A stretch of 64,000 nt of DNA from an uncultured bacterium (lineage in GTDB: Bacteria; Bacteroidota; Ignavibacteria; UBA10030; BY39), in assembly GCA_937967455.1 (NCBI GenBank), contig CALCJK010000018.1, forward strand, positions 70,293-134,292, read 5' to 3'. The notes under the pieces were generated by a model. It had not been told where the DNA came from. It worked only from the letters and a program-made list of their open reading frames with translations, and did no database searches. Shown here piece by piece: positions 44,701-54,214 of this stretch; position 1 is the stretch's first letter, and the number at the start of each line of letters is the position of its first letter. Made by a program: the position numbers and the translations under genes.

Positions 44701-45269
44701 ATCTGACTTAATTTCTTAAAGGTATAAGAATTTCCAACAGAATAAGTACCACCGGCAAACATTAAGGAACTAAAATTATAACTTAATGCATTTTGAACAT
44801 CAGGAAGTGGACCAATATTTTGGCTTGCTGGGAAATTACCGCTTTGTTGTGCTGAGCCTGTACTCATCAGGATTGATCTCATTGTGAGTGGTGATAATGA
44901 TCGATTATTAAGTTGTTCATATTTACTCTCAACCAATGCCACTGCTGCAGCTACTATCGGAGATGCGCTTGATGTACCCGCAAAACAACTATCATAATAA
45001 TAATTTTTCCCCGAAGCAATATATAGTGGTGGACATATTAGAAATGTACCCGTTGTTGTCACTTTTTCACCCCATCCTTGTAAGTTAACTCTGGAGCCAT
45101 AATTTGAAAAAGGCAATCTCGAACGTGCTACATCCGATCCAAAAAAACTGCTTGGAGCTGCACCCGCACCCACTATTATCGCACCGGAATTATTTTGCGA
45201 CAAAAACGGCCAATGTCCATAATTCCATGTACTGTAAATTGGAGAATCCAGATTTTGATGATGTCGCAA
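41769..45269 (-). CDS. large beta-helix/Ig-like T9SS cargo protein beginning inside a subtilase (S8) domain (N-terminally truncated?)
   Basis: The first ~110 residues match only the C-terminal third of an S8 catalytic domain (FSNYGSRVNLQGWG...AGTSSASPIVAAAVALV). The catalytic Asp and His regions and a signal peptide are absent. A parallel beta-helix-like repeat region follows. C-terminal T9SS CTD (QNYPNPFNSSTVINF...GVYVYRIW). Confidence 0.6.
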   Translation of the reverse strand: MRHHQNLDSPIYSTWNYGHWPFLSQNNSGAIIVGAGAAPSSFFGSDVARSRLPFSNYGSRVNLQGWGEKVTTTGTFLICPPLYIASGKNYYYDSCFAGTSSASPIVAAAVALVESKYEQLNNRSLSPLTMRSILMSTGSAQQSGNFPASQNIGPLPDVQNALSYNFSSLMFAGGTYSVGNSYTFKKLSQIADTLNKKILTGNVIFELQSDYDGNTGETFPIRFNQYLTSGGNWTVTIRPASGVSMRTTQGITTGAYPLIDLNGVERLTLDGRAGGVGDSIYWTIRNISIAYVGPTIRINNDATYNTLKYLKIEGQNTSSYSGTVYFGEHTYAQGNSHNVINNCEIRDRSDISSVQPMNAIYSDWTTGAPNDSNTIQSCKIYNWSNYGIKLYGLSWNLISNSLYQSYPQSQQMTGIYLLPSTSQKSGGHFISGNFIGGSNPMAEGAPLIDMSNSTFTGIDLSVDTVLLNTIRDNVIRNIFIVSPAISSGFTGISFNGISMLNPTRVNINGNIIGDTSLSKEVRIDGGGVVSGIKIMFADTANVIKNTIVNVNQSQPVANDFIGVFIMCKYTNISKNFLYNVGPNNVSASSNVVGFLLGNLNDSVTIVNNIISLGVGLSNKCTYTGIHDIIVTGKFYNNLFFNSIYIGGSSTGLDSSYCYRRDGISLVNIKNNIFSNERSGSGFHIAISNSVQPVNWFPGSSDNNVFYNLNNSHLTRWINFYSNLTQWNALAMCDFASFNADPKFVNTVANNLHIDSTVYSYADNNGIPLIGIVDDFDGNARSTSPDIGADEYVINSPASFTLVSPSNGILNQPTNGKLVWQSSKAAGYYLVYLDTIHPPNFVSNQTDTTYSYTLLDTNKRYYWQINALNSSANIQASGSPWSFYTGAMSGMISDTYVFDKGWNLLSVPLQVSDFRKVVLYPTSSSKAFVYNSEYVEKETLSVGVGYWLKFNDTGNVVMTGYLCDPETVDVNAGWNLIGSASNAVSINSITSIPGSIVTSDFYKYSSGYLIADTIYPGKGYWVKVDQNGKLILSSSGIYNALSRIRVIPTNELPPKPPFEQITEIQEIPEKFILYQNYPNPFNSSTVINFGLKVNSIVSLKIFNTLGQHIMNLIDNQEFQSGYHQVEFNASNLPTGVYVYRIWVNELNKTHDVGSDVKIQQRRMLLVK

Positions 45270-45730
45270 AATATTAAGAAGTAGGAAAAGAGAAAAATTT
45301 TTATTGTAATAACTATTTATAAGATTAAAGCGTATTAATTATGGTATTGATTGGACATATGTTTTTATTATACTCCCAAAAATGAGGTTATTATAGTATA
45401 ATTTAAATGTTCTAAATCGACATCCCGAAATATCCGAATCAATTAAACATTTATGCAGAACTTGTTCATTTAAAATTATAGGACTCAATTAATACCTTTT
45501 AAATTCTGTAAATAATATAGATTTTATATTTGCAAATTCCAAACAGGTTACAAATACAAAAAATTATATAAATTTAATTATTTTTAACCAAAATCCTAGA
45601 AAATTTAACATAATTTACATATTCCAATCTTATAAACTGTTGGAAAATTTTTTTTGATAAAAAAAAGATATATAAATTTTACTTTTATTATTCTAAATAA
45701 ATTGTTATCTTTTCGATAAATTGTTAAAAA

Positions 45731-46441
45731 ATGAAACTTGAAGAAAAATTATTAAAAAGTGTTTCTGATAATGATAATATCGTAAAGGGGGCTTGGATAG
45801 GTATTACCTGGACTGCTATTGAATCTAAATATGTAGGATTAAGCCATACTTATTGTACATCTGAAATAGTTGACATCGAAAATGCCGGCGAATTGACTTC
45901 TTGTAAAATTTCTGACCTTACAAAACGTATACTTTCCTGGAAACCCCTTGAAGCTTCTATCGGTGTTGCTGCAATTAACTCATTAATCGAACCACGAGGA
46001 AAAAAAGGTAACATAAAAGATTACATCAGAGAAAAATCGCGTGGAAAAATAGTTACTTTTGTTGGACGCTTTCCATTTTACAAAGAGATCTCCGAAATTG
46101 CAAAAAAATCCTTTCTACTTGAAATTAACGCATTTGGAGATGAATTACCATCATTTGCGTGCGAAGAAATCCTGCCAAAATCAGATGTAAACGTAATAAG
46201 TGCAACAGCATTAATAAATCACTCCCTTCAACGATTGTTAGAGTTAGGACAAAATGGAATTAATATCGTACTAGGTCCAACAACTCCACTTTCACCTGTT
46301 TTATTTGATTTTGGGGCTGATGTACTTGCTGGAGTCAAAGTTGTAAATAAACAAGATGTTGTAAAAAGTATTACTCAAGGAGTCAGAAAATCCACGCTAA
46401 TTCATGGAATAGAACCGATTTGTTTATTTAAAAAGCAATGA
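45731..46441 (+). CDS. DUF4213/DUF364-like Rossmann-fold protein (putative metal-chelation/cofactor-associated)
   Basis: 236 aa (MKLEEKLL...GAWIGITWTAIES...GVAAINSLIE...IVLGPTTPLSPVLFDFGADVLAG). Convergent with the TonB-dependent receptor. Confidence 0.4.
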   Translation: MKLEEKLLKSVSDNDNIVKGAWIGITWTAIESKYVGLSHTYCTSEIVDIENAGELTSCKISDLTKRILSWKPLEASIGVAAINSLIEPRGKKGNIKDYIREKSRGKIVTFVGRFPFYKEISEIAKKSFLLEINAFGDELPSFACEEILPKSDVNVISATALINHSLQRLLELGQNGINIVLGPTTPLSPVLFDFGADVLAGVKVVNKQDVVKSITQGVRKSTLIHGIEPICLFKKQ

Positions 46442-46453
46442 TATGGGAGTAAA

Positions 46454-48472
46454 TCAATTATATAATCTTAAATACATATAAACTGTTCTTCCAGCTTCCG
46501 GGTAACCTTCAACTATAGAGTAATTACGATCAAATATGTTATCAATACCCATATAAATTTGAATATTTCTGGACACCTTTATAGCAGATTTTAAATTAAA
46601 TAGTGTAAATGCCCCAGCTTTATAAATACCATCACTTGTACTATATTGTTCTGAGTTAGATTCCATTTCACCTGCAATCTCAAGAATAGAAAATGGGTTA
46701 ATTTGCATATTCAAAATTAGTTTATGCTCAGGCGTATTTATGAATTTTAGAGTTGGATCTGAAATATTTTTTCTTTTAAGAAAAGTATAATTTGTTTCAA
46801 TATTGATTGCGGAAATCGGATGAGCATTCAATTCAACTTCAACGCCGTAGTATCTTGCTTTTCCCATATTTTGCACTTGAGATAAACTTCCTTGAACATT
46901 ATTTACAAGTGTAATTACATCTTTTATATCATTAAAGAATGCACTAACTTTGTAAAAATCTTTTTCATTAAATTTTCCATAAAAAGAAATATCATAATTA
47001 ATGGCATTTTCAGGAATTAAATATGGGTTCGGAATTGCGATTCCTAGCTTATATGAGTACCGATCTTTCATTGTCGCAAATCGTGTTTTTCTGGCAACAC
47101 TAAACAAAATTTTTTGCATAGAAGAAATATCATATATACCTCCAAGTTGTATGTTCCACGCATTAGTATTATCTTTGGGGAAATCTGAAATAACTCCAGT
47201 TTTGCTATTATAATCCTGAGCTTGTAAACTTTTACGAACATTGTAACTTAACCCCCCGACGAGCGAAAAGTTTTCAAGCATTTTATACACATCTTCAATT
47301 CCTACTGAGACTATAGCATCGCGTACCAACCTTACCGGTTCGCCCAAATTATTCTCCCTGTGAATATCGTGCTTGTAATTAAATGCTAGAGTTGTATTAT
47401 GTCGAGAAAAATATCTCGTTTTGCCTTCTAACATTATCCCCCAGGAATCATCATCAAAATAACTGTTGAATGAACTTTTATTGTTCTGCGTTGAATAGGA
47501 GGCATCGTCGAAAGCTCTAAGCATATTTTTGAATTTGTCGTTGAATAAACGCAATTTAATTATTATGTTATCATTTGTTTCTTTATTACCTAACATTGTC
47601 TGCGAAATAAAATATTTGCTAATCTTATCCCATTTAGGCCACCGCCAATAACGAACTGGACTGTTCGGATTGATACCAGTATAAACCGGATTACCTTTTT
47701 CACCTTGTTGATTCATATAACTGAAAGAGTATTCATCGGTTTCGTTTGGTGTAAATCCTAATTTGAAATTATATTTGGTATCTTCCCTATAAGAATTATC
47801 CCTTTCACCACCATCTTCGGTTGTAGTAGCTGTGAATGATTTTGATAATCTGAAAGATTGTTGATCTATTTTTGAAACACTTCCCATAAAATAATACAAA
47901 GACTGATTTGAACCAACATTAACAGAATAATTATACCCACTGTTAATCACGACTCCGCCGGAAATATCATAATCTAATTTTAAAGATGGTTTTCGTGATA
48001 TTAGATTGATAGCTCCACCCATTGCATTAGGACCAAACAAAACTGAAGAAAATCCTTTACTAACAGAAATTCTAGAAATGTCCAAGGTAATAAAACGAGA
48101 TAAATCAACATAACCATCGTATGGAACGTACACAGGTATACCGTCAATAAATATAGGTACCTGCCTCAAATCATACCCGCGCATATAGACCATTGATTCA
48201 TTACGCACACCAACTTTAGAGATATTAAGGCCCGCTAACATTCTCAACGAATGGGATACATCAATATTTTGACGATCATTAGAATTCGATATTTGCAAAA
48301 TTGTTTGATGGAATGGGGATAATTGATCACTTTTATCAGCAAAAATCTCAATTCCTCCAAGGTAAAATACTTTCGAAGTATCGGGAATATTGTCAATAAA
48401 ACAAATAGCATGTTCTGAAAGAGAAATCAAAAATATTATTACTATTGAGATAAAATTATATAGTTTTTCCAT
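46454..48472 (-). CDS. TonB-dependent outer membrane receptor
   Basis: 672 aa with a signal peptide, a plug domain (GIEIFADKSDQ...PGSS-like) and a long beta-barrel. Confidence 0.75.
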   Translation of the reverse strand: MEKLYNFISIVIIFLISLSEHAICFIDNIPDTSKVFYLGGIEIFADKSDQLSPFHQTILQISNSNDRQNIDVSHSLRMLAGLNISKVGVRNESMVYMRGYDLRQVPIFIDGIPVYVPYDGYVDLSRFITLDISRISVSKGFSSVLFGPNAMGGAINLISRKPSLKLDYDISGGVVINSGYNYSVNVGSNQSLYYFMGSVSKIDQQSFRLSKSFTATTTEDGGERDNSYREDTKYNFKLGFTPNETDEYSFSYMNQQGEKGNPVYTGINPNSPVRYWRWPKWDKISKYFISQTMLGNKETNDNIIIKLRLFNDKFKNMLRAFDDASYSTQNNKSSFNSYFDDDSWGIMLEGKTRYFSRHNTTLAFNYKHDIHRENNLGEPVRLVRDAIVSVGIEDVYKMLENFSLVGGLSYNVRKSLQAQDYNSKTGVISDFPKDNTNAWNIQLGGIYDISSMQKILFSVARKTRFATMKDRYSYKLGIAIPNPYLIPENAINYDISFYGKFNEKDFYKVSAFFNDIKDVITLVNNVQGSLSQVQNMGKARYYGVEVELNAHPISAINIETNYTFLKRKNISDPTLKFINTPEHKLILNMQINPFSILEIAGEMESNSEQYSTSDGIYKAGAFTLFNLKSAIKVSRNIQIYMGIDNIFDRNYSIVEGYPEAGRTVYMYLRLYN

Positions 48473-48487
48473 TTCTTCCTCTAAATT

Positions 48488-50218
48488 TTAAACATTATCA
48501 TTTATAAGTGTGTTAACAATTTCGTTATATATATCACTGCTATTTCCATTTTGAATTTTCCATATATGTTTTGGAATAAACTGCCATCGCTCTTTTACTC
48601 TGTCTATTAAACTTTCTCTAATAACCAAAAGAACCGGAACAGACAATTGATTTATAATTTTATCAATTGAATCTGACCATCCTTTATTATTGAGTTCAAG
48701 CGGACCGACTTCATCAATAATGACTAATTTACAATCAGATAAATTTTTCAAATCCAGGACAGAATTACCAAAATTAATACCATCCTCAAAAAAGAGAAAG
48801 CCTCCTTCGTTAATTTTATTTACACCACTATCTATTCTGCAAAGAGGAACTTTATTTTTATTTTGAATATTCATTACGTCATAACCTATACGATTAAAAT
48901 TGTTATGAACAGCAGGCGAAATAATACCACATATTTTAAGATTGTTAATTTTATATTCATTAACAAGTTTTAATAGCAATGTTGATTTCCCATTTCCTTT
49001 ATCTCCAGTAAGGACGAATATGTTGTTTTGCCTTTGGACATTTTTCTCTATCTCCTCTAATCGATTTTTTGCTATTGCTAATAGTTGTGAAAGCGAAGTA
49101 ATTGGATGCCGCAATATTCTTCGCTGATCTTCAAGCAACGACACAGCCGTTGGTAAAGCATCAAAGGCAACTTCCATAGCATTGGCGATCTTGCCAAAAC
49201 CGATATGCAAAAACCAACCAATTATCTTAGGATTACGTAATTCTATACTAATAATATTAAATGCTATAACCATGAACAATGCTCGCAAGCTCATCTGAAT
49301 ACCAGCTATAAGACCACTCCAGGTCCATTCAGAACCTCTATTGGGTATATTCCCAAGTAATAATCCTGCAAGTGAAGTAATAATAATCAATTCAATCCAA
49401 ATCTTTGGCCGATAAAAACGCTTTAATAAATTTGGATACAAAAACAATGCAAATATTGTATAAATCATAACAATACTTGATGACCATATTAAAGATAATT
49501 TACCAATTGCAAGTAATACCAATGGAATAGCAATTACATTCGTTATTAATAAAAGTGTTGAAAACTTTTTTGATGAATTCGCTGCATTTAAAGAAAAAAT
49601 AGATTTGCTCTCACTTCTCGAAGGTGTAATAAAGTCGATAATTGCCGCTTTTTTACCAATTGCAATTCCAAGTATGGCTGCAAAAATACCGAACATTGCA
49701 TACAATAGAAATAAAATACCAATTGCCTGATATGCATTGATAGCTGTTACTCCAATATTCTTGGTAGCAAATTTATATACTTCAACATAAAGTATTGCGA
49801 TATTAAAACCGTATGTTATTATCAAACTTATAATATTTTGTAAAAATGGCAAGCAGGTAGTTATTGCCCCACCAATCAGTATCCCAAGTGTATTCCCACG
49901 CGACAGACGAATAATAATTTCCAGTACAATTGATTCAGTTATTATTCCTATCATTGGACCTAAAATTACAGCGCTCGGTGAAATAGATTTCATCAACGCA
50001 CAAACAACACCTGCTCTCCAAATTAGACCATTTTCTTTCCAGAGAAATCTTCCTCCAACAAGAAGCGATACCCCTATTGCTGAAAGTATCGTACCAGCCA
50101 GTGGTATACGCAAATTATGAAGGAAACTACCAATTATAATCTCAATTGATCCCCAGATGCTACCAAGTAATGCAGCTTTAATCCATAAAGGATTTAAATT
50201 TTTATATTTTTGTTTCAT
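48488..50218 (-). CDS. membrane-embedded transporter-like domain fused to C-terminal P-loop NTPase (THEP1/COG1618-like)
   Basis: About 380 aa of polytopic membrane region followed by a Walker A (VLTGDKGNGKSTLL) and Walker B (LVIIDEVGPLE). Track start 50221 is TTG, and ATG lies at 50218. Confidence 0.55.
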   Translation of the reverse strand: MKQKYKNLNPLWIKAALLGSIWGSIEIIIGSFLHNLRIPLAGTILSAIGVSLLVGGRFLWKENGLIWRAGVVCALMKSISPSAVILGPMIGIITESIVLEIIIRLSRGNTLGILIGGAITTCLPFLQNIISLIITYGFNIAILYVEVYKFATKNIGVTAINAYQAIGILFLLYAMFGIFAAILGIAIGKKAAIIDFITPSRSESKSIFSLNAANSSKKFSTLLLITNVIAIPLVLLAIGKLSLIWSSSIVMIYTIFALFLYPNLLKRFYRPKIWIELIIITSLAGLLLGNIPNRGSEWTWSGLIAGIQMSLRALFMVIAFNIISIELRNPKIIGWFLHIGFGKIANAMEVAFDALPTAVSLLEDQRRILRHPITSLSQLLAIAKNRLEEIEKNVQRQNNIFVLTGDKGNGKSTLLLKLVNEYKINNLKICGIISPAVHNNFNRIGYDVMNIQNKNKVPLCRIDSGVNKINEGGFLFFEDGINFGNSVLDLKNLSDCKLVIIDEVGPLELNNKGWSDSIDKIINQLSVPVLLVIRESLIDRVKERWQFIPKHIWKIQNGNSSDIYNEIVNTLINDNV

Positions 50219-50254
50219 CAATTAATTATTAATTTACATTTGATTTGAGCATAA

Positions 50255-50297
50255 CAAAAAACCCCAACCTTTTGGAAAGGAAGGGGTTATAAAAACT
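50255..50297 (-). terminator. intrinsic-terminator-like hairpin about 35 nt upstream of the NTPase start (possible riboswitch expression platform)
   Basis: Minus-strand RNA AACCCCUUCCUUUCCAAAAGGUUGGGGUUUUUUGUU: a GC stem followed by a U6 run immediately 5' of the start codon. Confidence 0.45.
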
Positions 50298-50384
50298 TTA
50301 TTTTTAATTCATTTTTTCATTGTATCGCTTCAGCAATTTAAATCATAATATTAACGATCCAATGACTAAATGAACAAATTGTCA

Positions 50385-50535
50385 ATTACATCATTCTCCT
50401 TTCCAAACACGGGAGGCACTAATCTTTCGGTTAGTACCCGTCGCAGCTTTATTAAAGCTGTGAAGTCTATTCCGACTTACTGGTCTGTTACCATATCAAT
50501 CTGACTTAGGTAGACAGACTCGGAGTTTTATCAAA
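50385..50535 (-). ncRNA. candidate structured leader RNA / riboswitch-like aptamer (class not identified)
   Basis: GC-enriched ~150-nt island in an otherwise AT-rich ORF-free region. Four compatible hairpins: ACUAAUC-UUUC-GGUUAGU nested inside ACGGG/CCCGU, then CAGCUUU-AUUA-AAGCUG, AAGUC-UAUUCC-GACUU, and GGUCUGUUACC/GGUAGACAGACU. Strand assigned by context, since it sits upstream of the minus-strand operon and terminator. Confidence 0.35.
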
Positions 50536-51364
50536 GAACTTGTAAAAATATAATCTATTTTAATTTAAAATACAAAGAAGTAATTTGTTGGTTTTTCACA
50601 TTAACAGCTGATATACAAACAAAAGTAACAATTTTAATTTTACTAGAAAAAGTTTTTTAGTTGAAATATTGCCACAAACATTCAAGCGGTAAAAGCATAC
50701 ACCACTTGCGAGATTTGATCCTTTAAACTAAAATTCTTCATTTTCTGCAGATTTGTGTTCATGCACTAATGTTAAAACTTCACGGATGAGCACATCATAT
50801 ATTTTCCATATCTTGAAATGGATAATGAGATTTAGAGTTAGAGTCTATATAAAAAAAGAGCAATATAATTAACAACCTATTTTCTAATATTTTATCATTT
50901 GATTAATTATTTTTGAAAAACATTTAAATTACAAGACTTTTAACGGAAAAATTCACTTATCCGGCATAAAATATTTATAAATATTAAGTTTTTTCAATAT
51001 TTATAGCCATTTCTATAGTGGTTCCACATCTTTCTTCTTAACAATTTCTTAATATTCTGTTAACTTACTCGTAACCTATAATTTTTATATTTATACAAAT
51101 TTTATTCTAGGTTTCGGGTTTATTATGGTAATCCAACAATTAATTTTGAAGATAACAAAACGAACTCATCAGTTGCGCTTAGGATTAAAAACTCAAAATA
51201 TAAATTCAGATAAAAATTATAATAGCTTTATACATAAAAAAATAACTTACAAAGTTGCACTCGAGCTGGACAACATCAATAAATGGTGAATTAATTTAAT
51301 AAAATTATTGGAAACTTTAAGCGTGTCGTAAACTTAGATAATTTTTAAAAAGAAAGGACTAAAA

Positions 51365-51472
51365 ATGATAGTTTTTAACATTAGCATATTTATTATTGCA
51401 ATACTAATATCCCTTATTTTCATGCTATATTTCCCAAAAATAATGAATTTCTTAGAAAGAAAATTCAGATAA
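51365..51472 (+). CDS. 35-aa hydrophobic single-TM micro-protein (hypothetical)
   Basis: MIVFNISIFIIAILISLIFMLYFPKIMNFLERKFR, preceded by an AAAGGA RBS 8 nt upstream. Confidence 0.3.
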   Translation: MIVFNISIFIIAILISLIFMLYFPKIMNFLERKFR

Positions 51473-51579
51473 TATTTTGATGTTAATAAAAAATTTGTTA
51501 ATTTAAATTGTTCTTCACTTAAGAATAAATATTTTTACTTAATTATCTGATTACCAACGAATACAAACAACATTAATTA

Positions 51580-52905
51580 ATGCCAATTTTAAAAAAACAT
51601 GAACTAAACCATACCACCGAATTTAGGCGAAGGCGAGCATTGAACTGGGTTACACTCGGTTTAACATATGCCTCAATGTACATGGCAAGATATAATTTCG
51701 CCTTTGCAAATAAAGATCTTTCTGATGTTTATGGATTTTCAAAAAGTGAAATCGGCTCAATAATAACTTTTTCAACATTATTATATGGTTTATCTGCAAT
51801 GTTAAATGGTCCCGTTGCTGATAAAATCGGTGGTAAACGCGCAATGCTTATTGGAGTTTCTGGTGCATTTCTCTTCAATTTGATTTTTGGATTTAGTGCA
51901 TATTTGGGTTTCCTTGGCACTGGTACATTACTGCTTGGTTTCTTGGCAACTGTGTGGACTCTCAATATGTACTTTCAGTCGTATAGTGCTTTGGCAATAA
52001 TAAAAGTCAACTCGGCATGGTTCCATGTCAGCGAACGAGGTGTCTTTTCAGCAATATTTGGGTCAATGATACAAATGGGTCGGTTTGGTGTGTATGCACT
52101 TATGACAATTCCTTTTGTTGTAGCGTTACCCTGGCAATGGAAGTTTTTTTTACCAGCTTGCTTCGCAGGATTTTTTGCGATCATGACATTCCTTTTTGTG
52201 AAAGATAGCCCAAAAGACTCAAATTTTCCTGACTTTGATACTCAAGACGCCACAAGTGGTGATACAGAAAAGGTTACATTCAAATATGTTGCAAAAAAAG
52301 TTTTTACCAATCCAATAACTATCACAATTGCCATTGCAGAATTTTGCACCGGACTTGTCCGCAAAGGATTTGAAGAATGGTTCCCAAGATATATGCAGGA
52401 GGTACAAAACCTTCAACTTGATAACCCAATCTTTCAAAGAAATGCACTTGCAATTGTGTTAGCTGGTGTAGTTGGTGCATTCATAGCTGGCATGCTTTCC
52501 GATAAGCTTTTTAAGTCTCGAAGACCACCTGTAGCTTTTTTTGGTTATGTTCTACAAGTAATTAGTCTTTCAATTGTTTGGCAATCAAAAAGTCTTGAAC
52601 TTGTGGTTATCGCTTTTATAATAAATTCTTTGGCGATTTCTATGGTTCATTCCATGCTTTCTGGAACTGCATCAATGGACTTTGGAGGTAAAAGGGCTGG
52701 TGCTACTGCTGCAGGTATGTTCGATGGTATGCAATATATAGGTGGTTCAGTAATGGGTTATGGTGCAGGATATCTGCTTGATAAATATGGATGGGGAATA
52801 TGGGGACCAAGCATGATTGGATTTTCTTTCATCGGTGCCATATTAATGTTGAAATTATGGAATGCCGTTCCAAGCAAACCAAAAGCTGCAGACGTTAAGA
52901 ATTAA
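51580..52905 (+). CDS. MFS transporter (organophosphate:Pi antiporter/GlpT-UhpC-like)
   Basis: 441 aa with 12 TM helices and the MFS motif near TM2-3 (GPVADKIGGKRAM). Confidence 0.75.
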   Translation: MPILKKHELNHTTEFRRRRALNWVTLGLTYASMYMARYNFAFANKDLSDVYGFSKSEIGSIITFSTLLYGLSAMLNGPVADKIGGKRAMLIGVSGAFLFNLIFGFSAYLGFLGTGTLLLGFLATVWTLNMYFQSYSALAIIKVNSAWFHVSERGVFSAIFGSMIQMGRFGVYALMTIPFVVALPWQWKFFLPACFAGFFAIMTFLFVKDSPKDSNFPDFDTQDATSGDTEKVTFKYVAKKVFTNPITITIAIAEFCTGLVRKGFEEWFPRYMQEVQNLQLDNPIFQRNALAIVLAGVVGAFIAGMLSDKLFKSRRPPVAFFGYVLQVISLSIVWQSKSLELVVIAFIINSLAISMVHSMLSGTASMDFGGKRAGATAAGMFDGMQYIGGSVMGYGAGYLLDKYGWGIWGPSMIGFSFIGAILMLKLWNAVPSKPKAADVKN

Positions 52906-53179
52906 TCAACTATAAATCAATTCTATCTCAACAGCAATAGTTTCTTAATTGCTACATACACACCGTTTTCACATAAGGCAGTTATCCGCTAAAACTACAC
53001 ACCACTTGGCAACTCGGCTCCATTGAATTCAACTTCATACCTTCTTGGATTTATTTCTTCATTCATCAATAAGTAAAGGTGTATTTTATAAAAAAAGGAA
53101 TTATATTATGCGCCATGATTAGTTTTATAAATATTAACTTTGACTTTCAATATAGGAGGCATAATTGAGGGGTTAATAA

Positions 53180-53920
53180 ATGGACCAAAATTTAATTATT
53201 ATAATTGGATTATTCTTTCTTTCTGTAATCTCAGGAATGTTAGGTTTGGGAGTTGCCTTTGCTGCTATTCCTTTCCTGGGATTTTTTCTCCCCGACCTTG
53301 TTCACCAGGTTCAACCATTGAGCCTATTGTTAAATGGTATAACTGCTTTATTCGCTGTATTTGGTTTTAGTAAAAGTGGTTATGTCGATTGGAAAAAAGC
53401 TATAATTCTTGCTGTCGTAACAACTGTTTCAGCACCAATTGGTTCTTATCTTGCACACTTCGTACCTCAAATCTATATATGGTATTTATATTTTGCTTCT
53501 GTAGTTTATTTGGCATATAGACTTTTTAAACCTGTAAAAGAAAAATCTGGAAAGGAAAACTTCAAATTAGCTCTTATGCTTGCAATACCAATATCTATTT
53601 TTAGTGGATTTTTAGGTGTAGGTCCAGGATTTCTGCTTTTACCTACACTCATTTTATTAGGATTCGATGTAAAAATGGCTGCAGGAATAAATGCTTTTGC
53701 AGTAACTCCTCCATCTTTTTCAGCAATATTGCCGCATCTATCAACTGCAAATTGGAATGTAAATCTAATGATACCTCTTCTTATTGTAGGAGCAATTGGC
53801 TCTTTCTTTGGAGCAAGAATCACAAGTATTTATATCCCAGGTAGCAGAATAAAACAAATTTTTGGAATTGTGATTGTTATAGTAACTCTATATAAAATTT
53901 ATACTTTGATCAATATATGA
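53180..53920 (+). CDS. TauE/SafE (DUF81) family sulfite/anion exporter
   Basis: 246 aa with two repeated 4-TM halves carrying GxGxGGG-like glycine motifs (GMLGLGVAF and GFLGVGPGF). Confidence 0.7.
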   Translation: MDQNLIIIIGLFFLSVISGMLGLGVAFAAIPFLGFFLPDLVHQVQPLSLLLNGITALFAVFGFSKSGYVDWKKAIILAVVTTVSAPIGSYLAHFVPQIYIWYLYFASVVYLAYRLFKPVKEKSGKENFKLALMLAIPISIFSGFLGVGPGFLLLPTLILLGFDVKMAAGINAFAVTPPSFSAILPHLSTANWNVNLMIPLLIVGAIGSFFGARITSIYIPGSRIKQIFGIVIVIVTLYKIYTLINI

Positions 53921-54214
53921 GAAATTTTTTCAAACTGGTACCACTTAATTTTCCGGTAAAAAATCTTAAATCGAAAGTGGATAATAAGTCAAAAAAATTA
54001 AATGGATAAAACACCCAAAATAGATAAAAACGACGGATACTGTTTTTACAGATGTTAAGCGAAATAAATATTTATCATGGGAGTGCCTTCCGCACAAATA
54101 GTCTCGCTTCACTTAAATGTTATAAAAACATTTTTGTTTACTGACTTACGGGTCAATAAGATTGCTTTCAAACGAAAAGATTAATAAATTAAGTGAAAAA
54201 ATATATCTATTATT

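Noticed and set aside
50385-50535. Assignment of the structured leader to the cobalamin, TPP, SAM, FMN or THF riboswitch classes, or to SRP, 6S, tmRNA or RNase P RNA
   Set aside because: I could not find the B12 box (GCCACUG / AGUCAGGAGACCUGCC), the TPP CUGAGA...ACCUGAUCUGG core, the SRP domain-IV GGAAGGAAGCAGC, a tRNA-like T-loop, or the RNase P P4 GGAAAGUCCGG. Only loose similarity was seen (for example AAGUCGGAAUAGAC). It is left unclassified.
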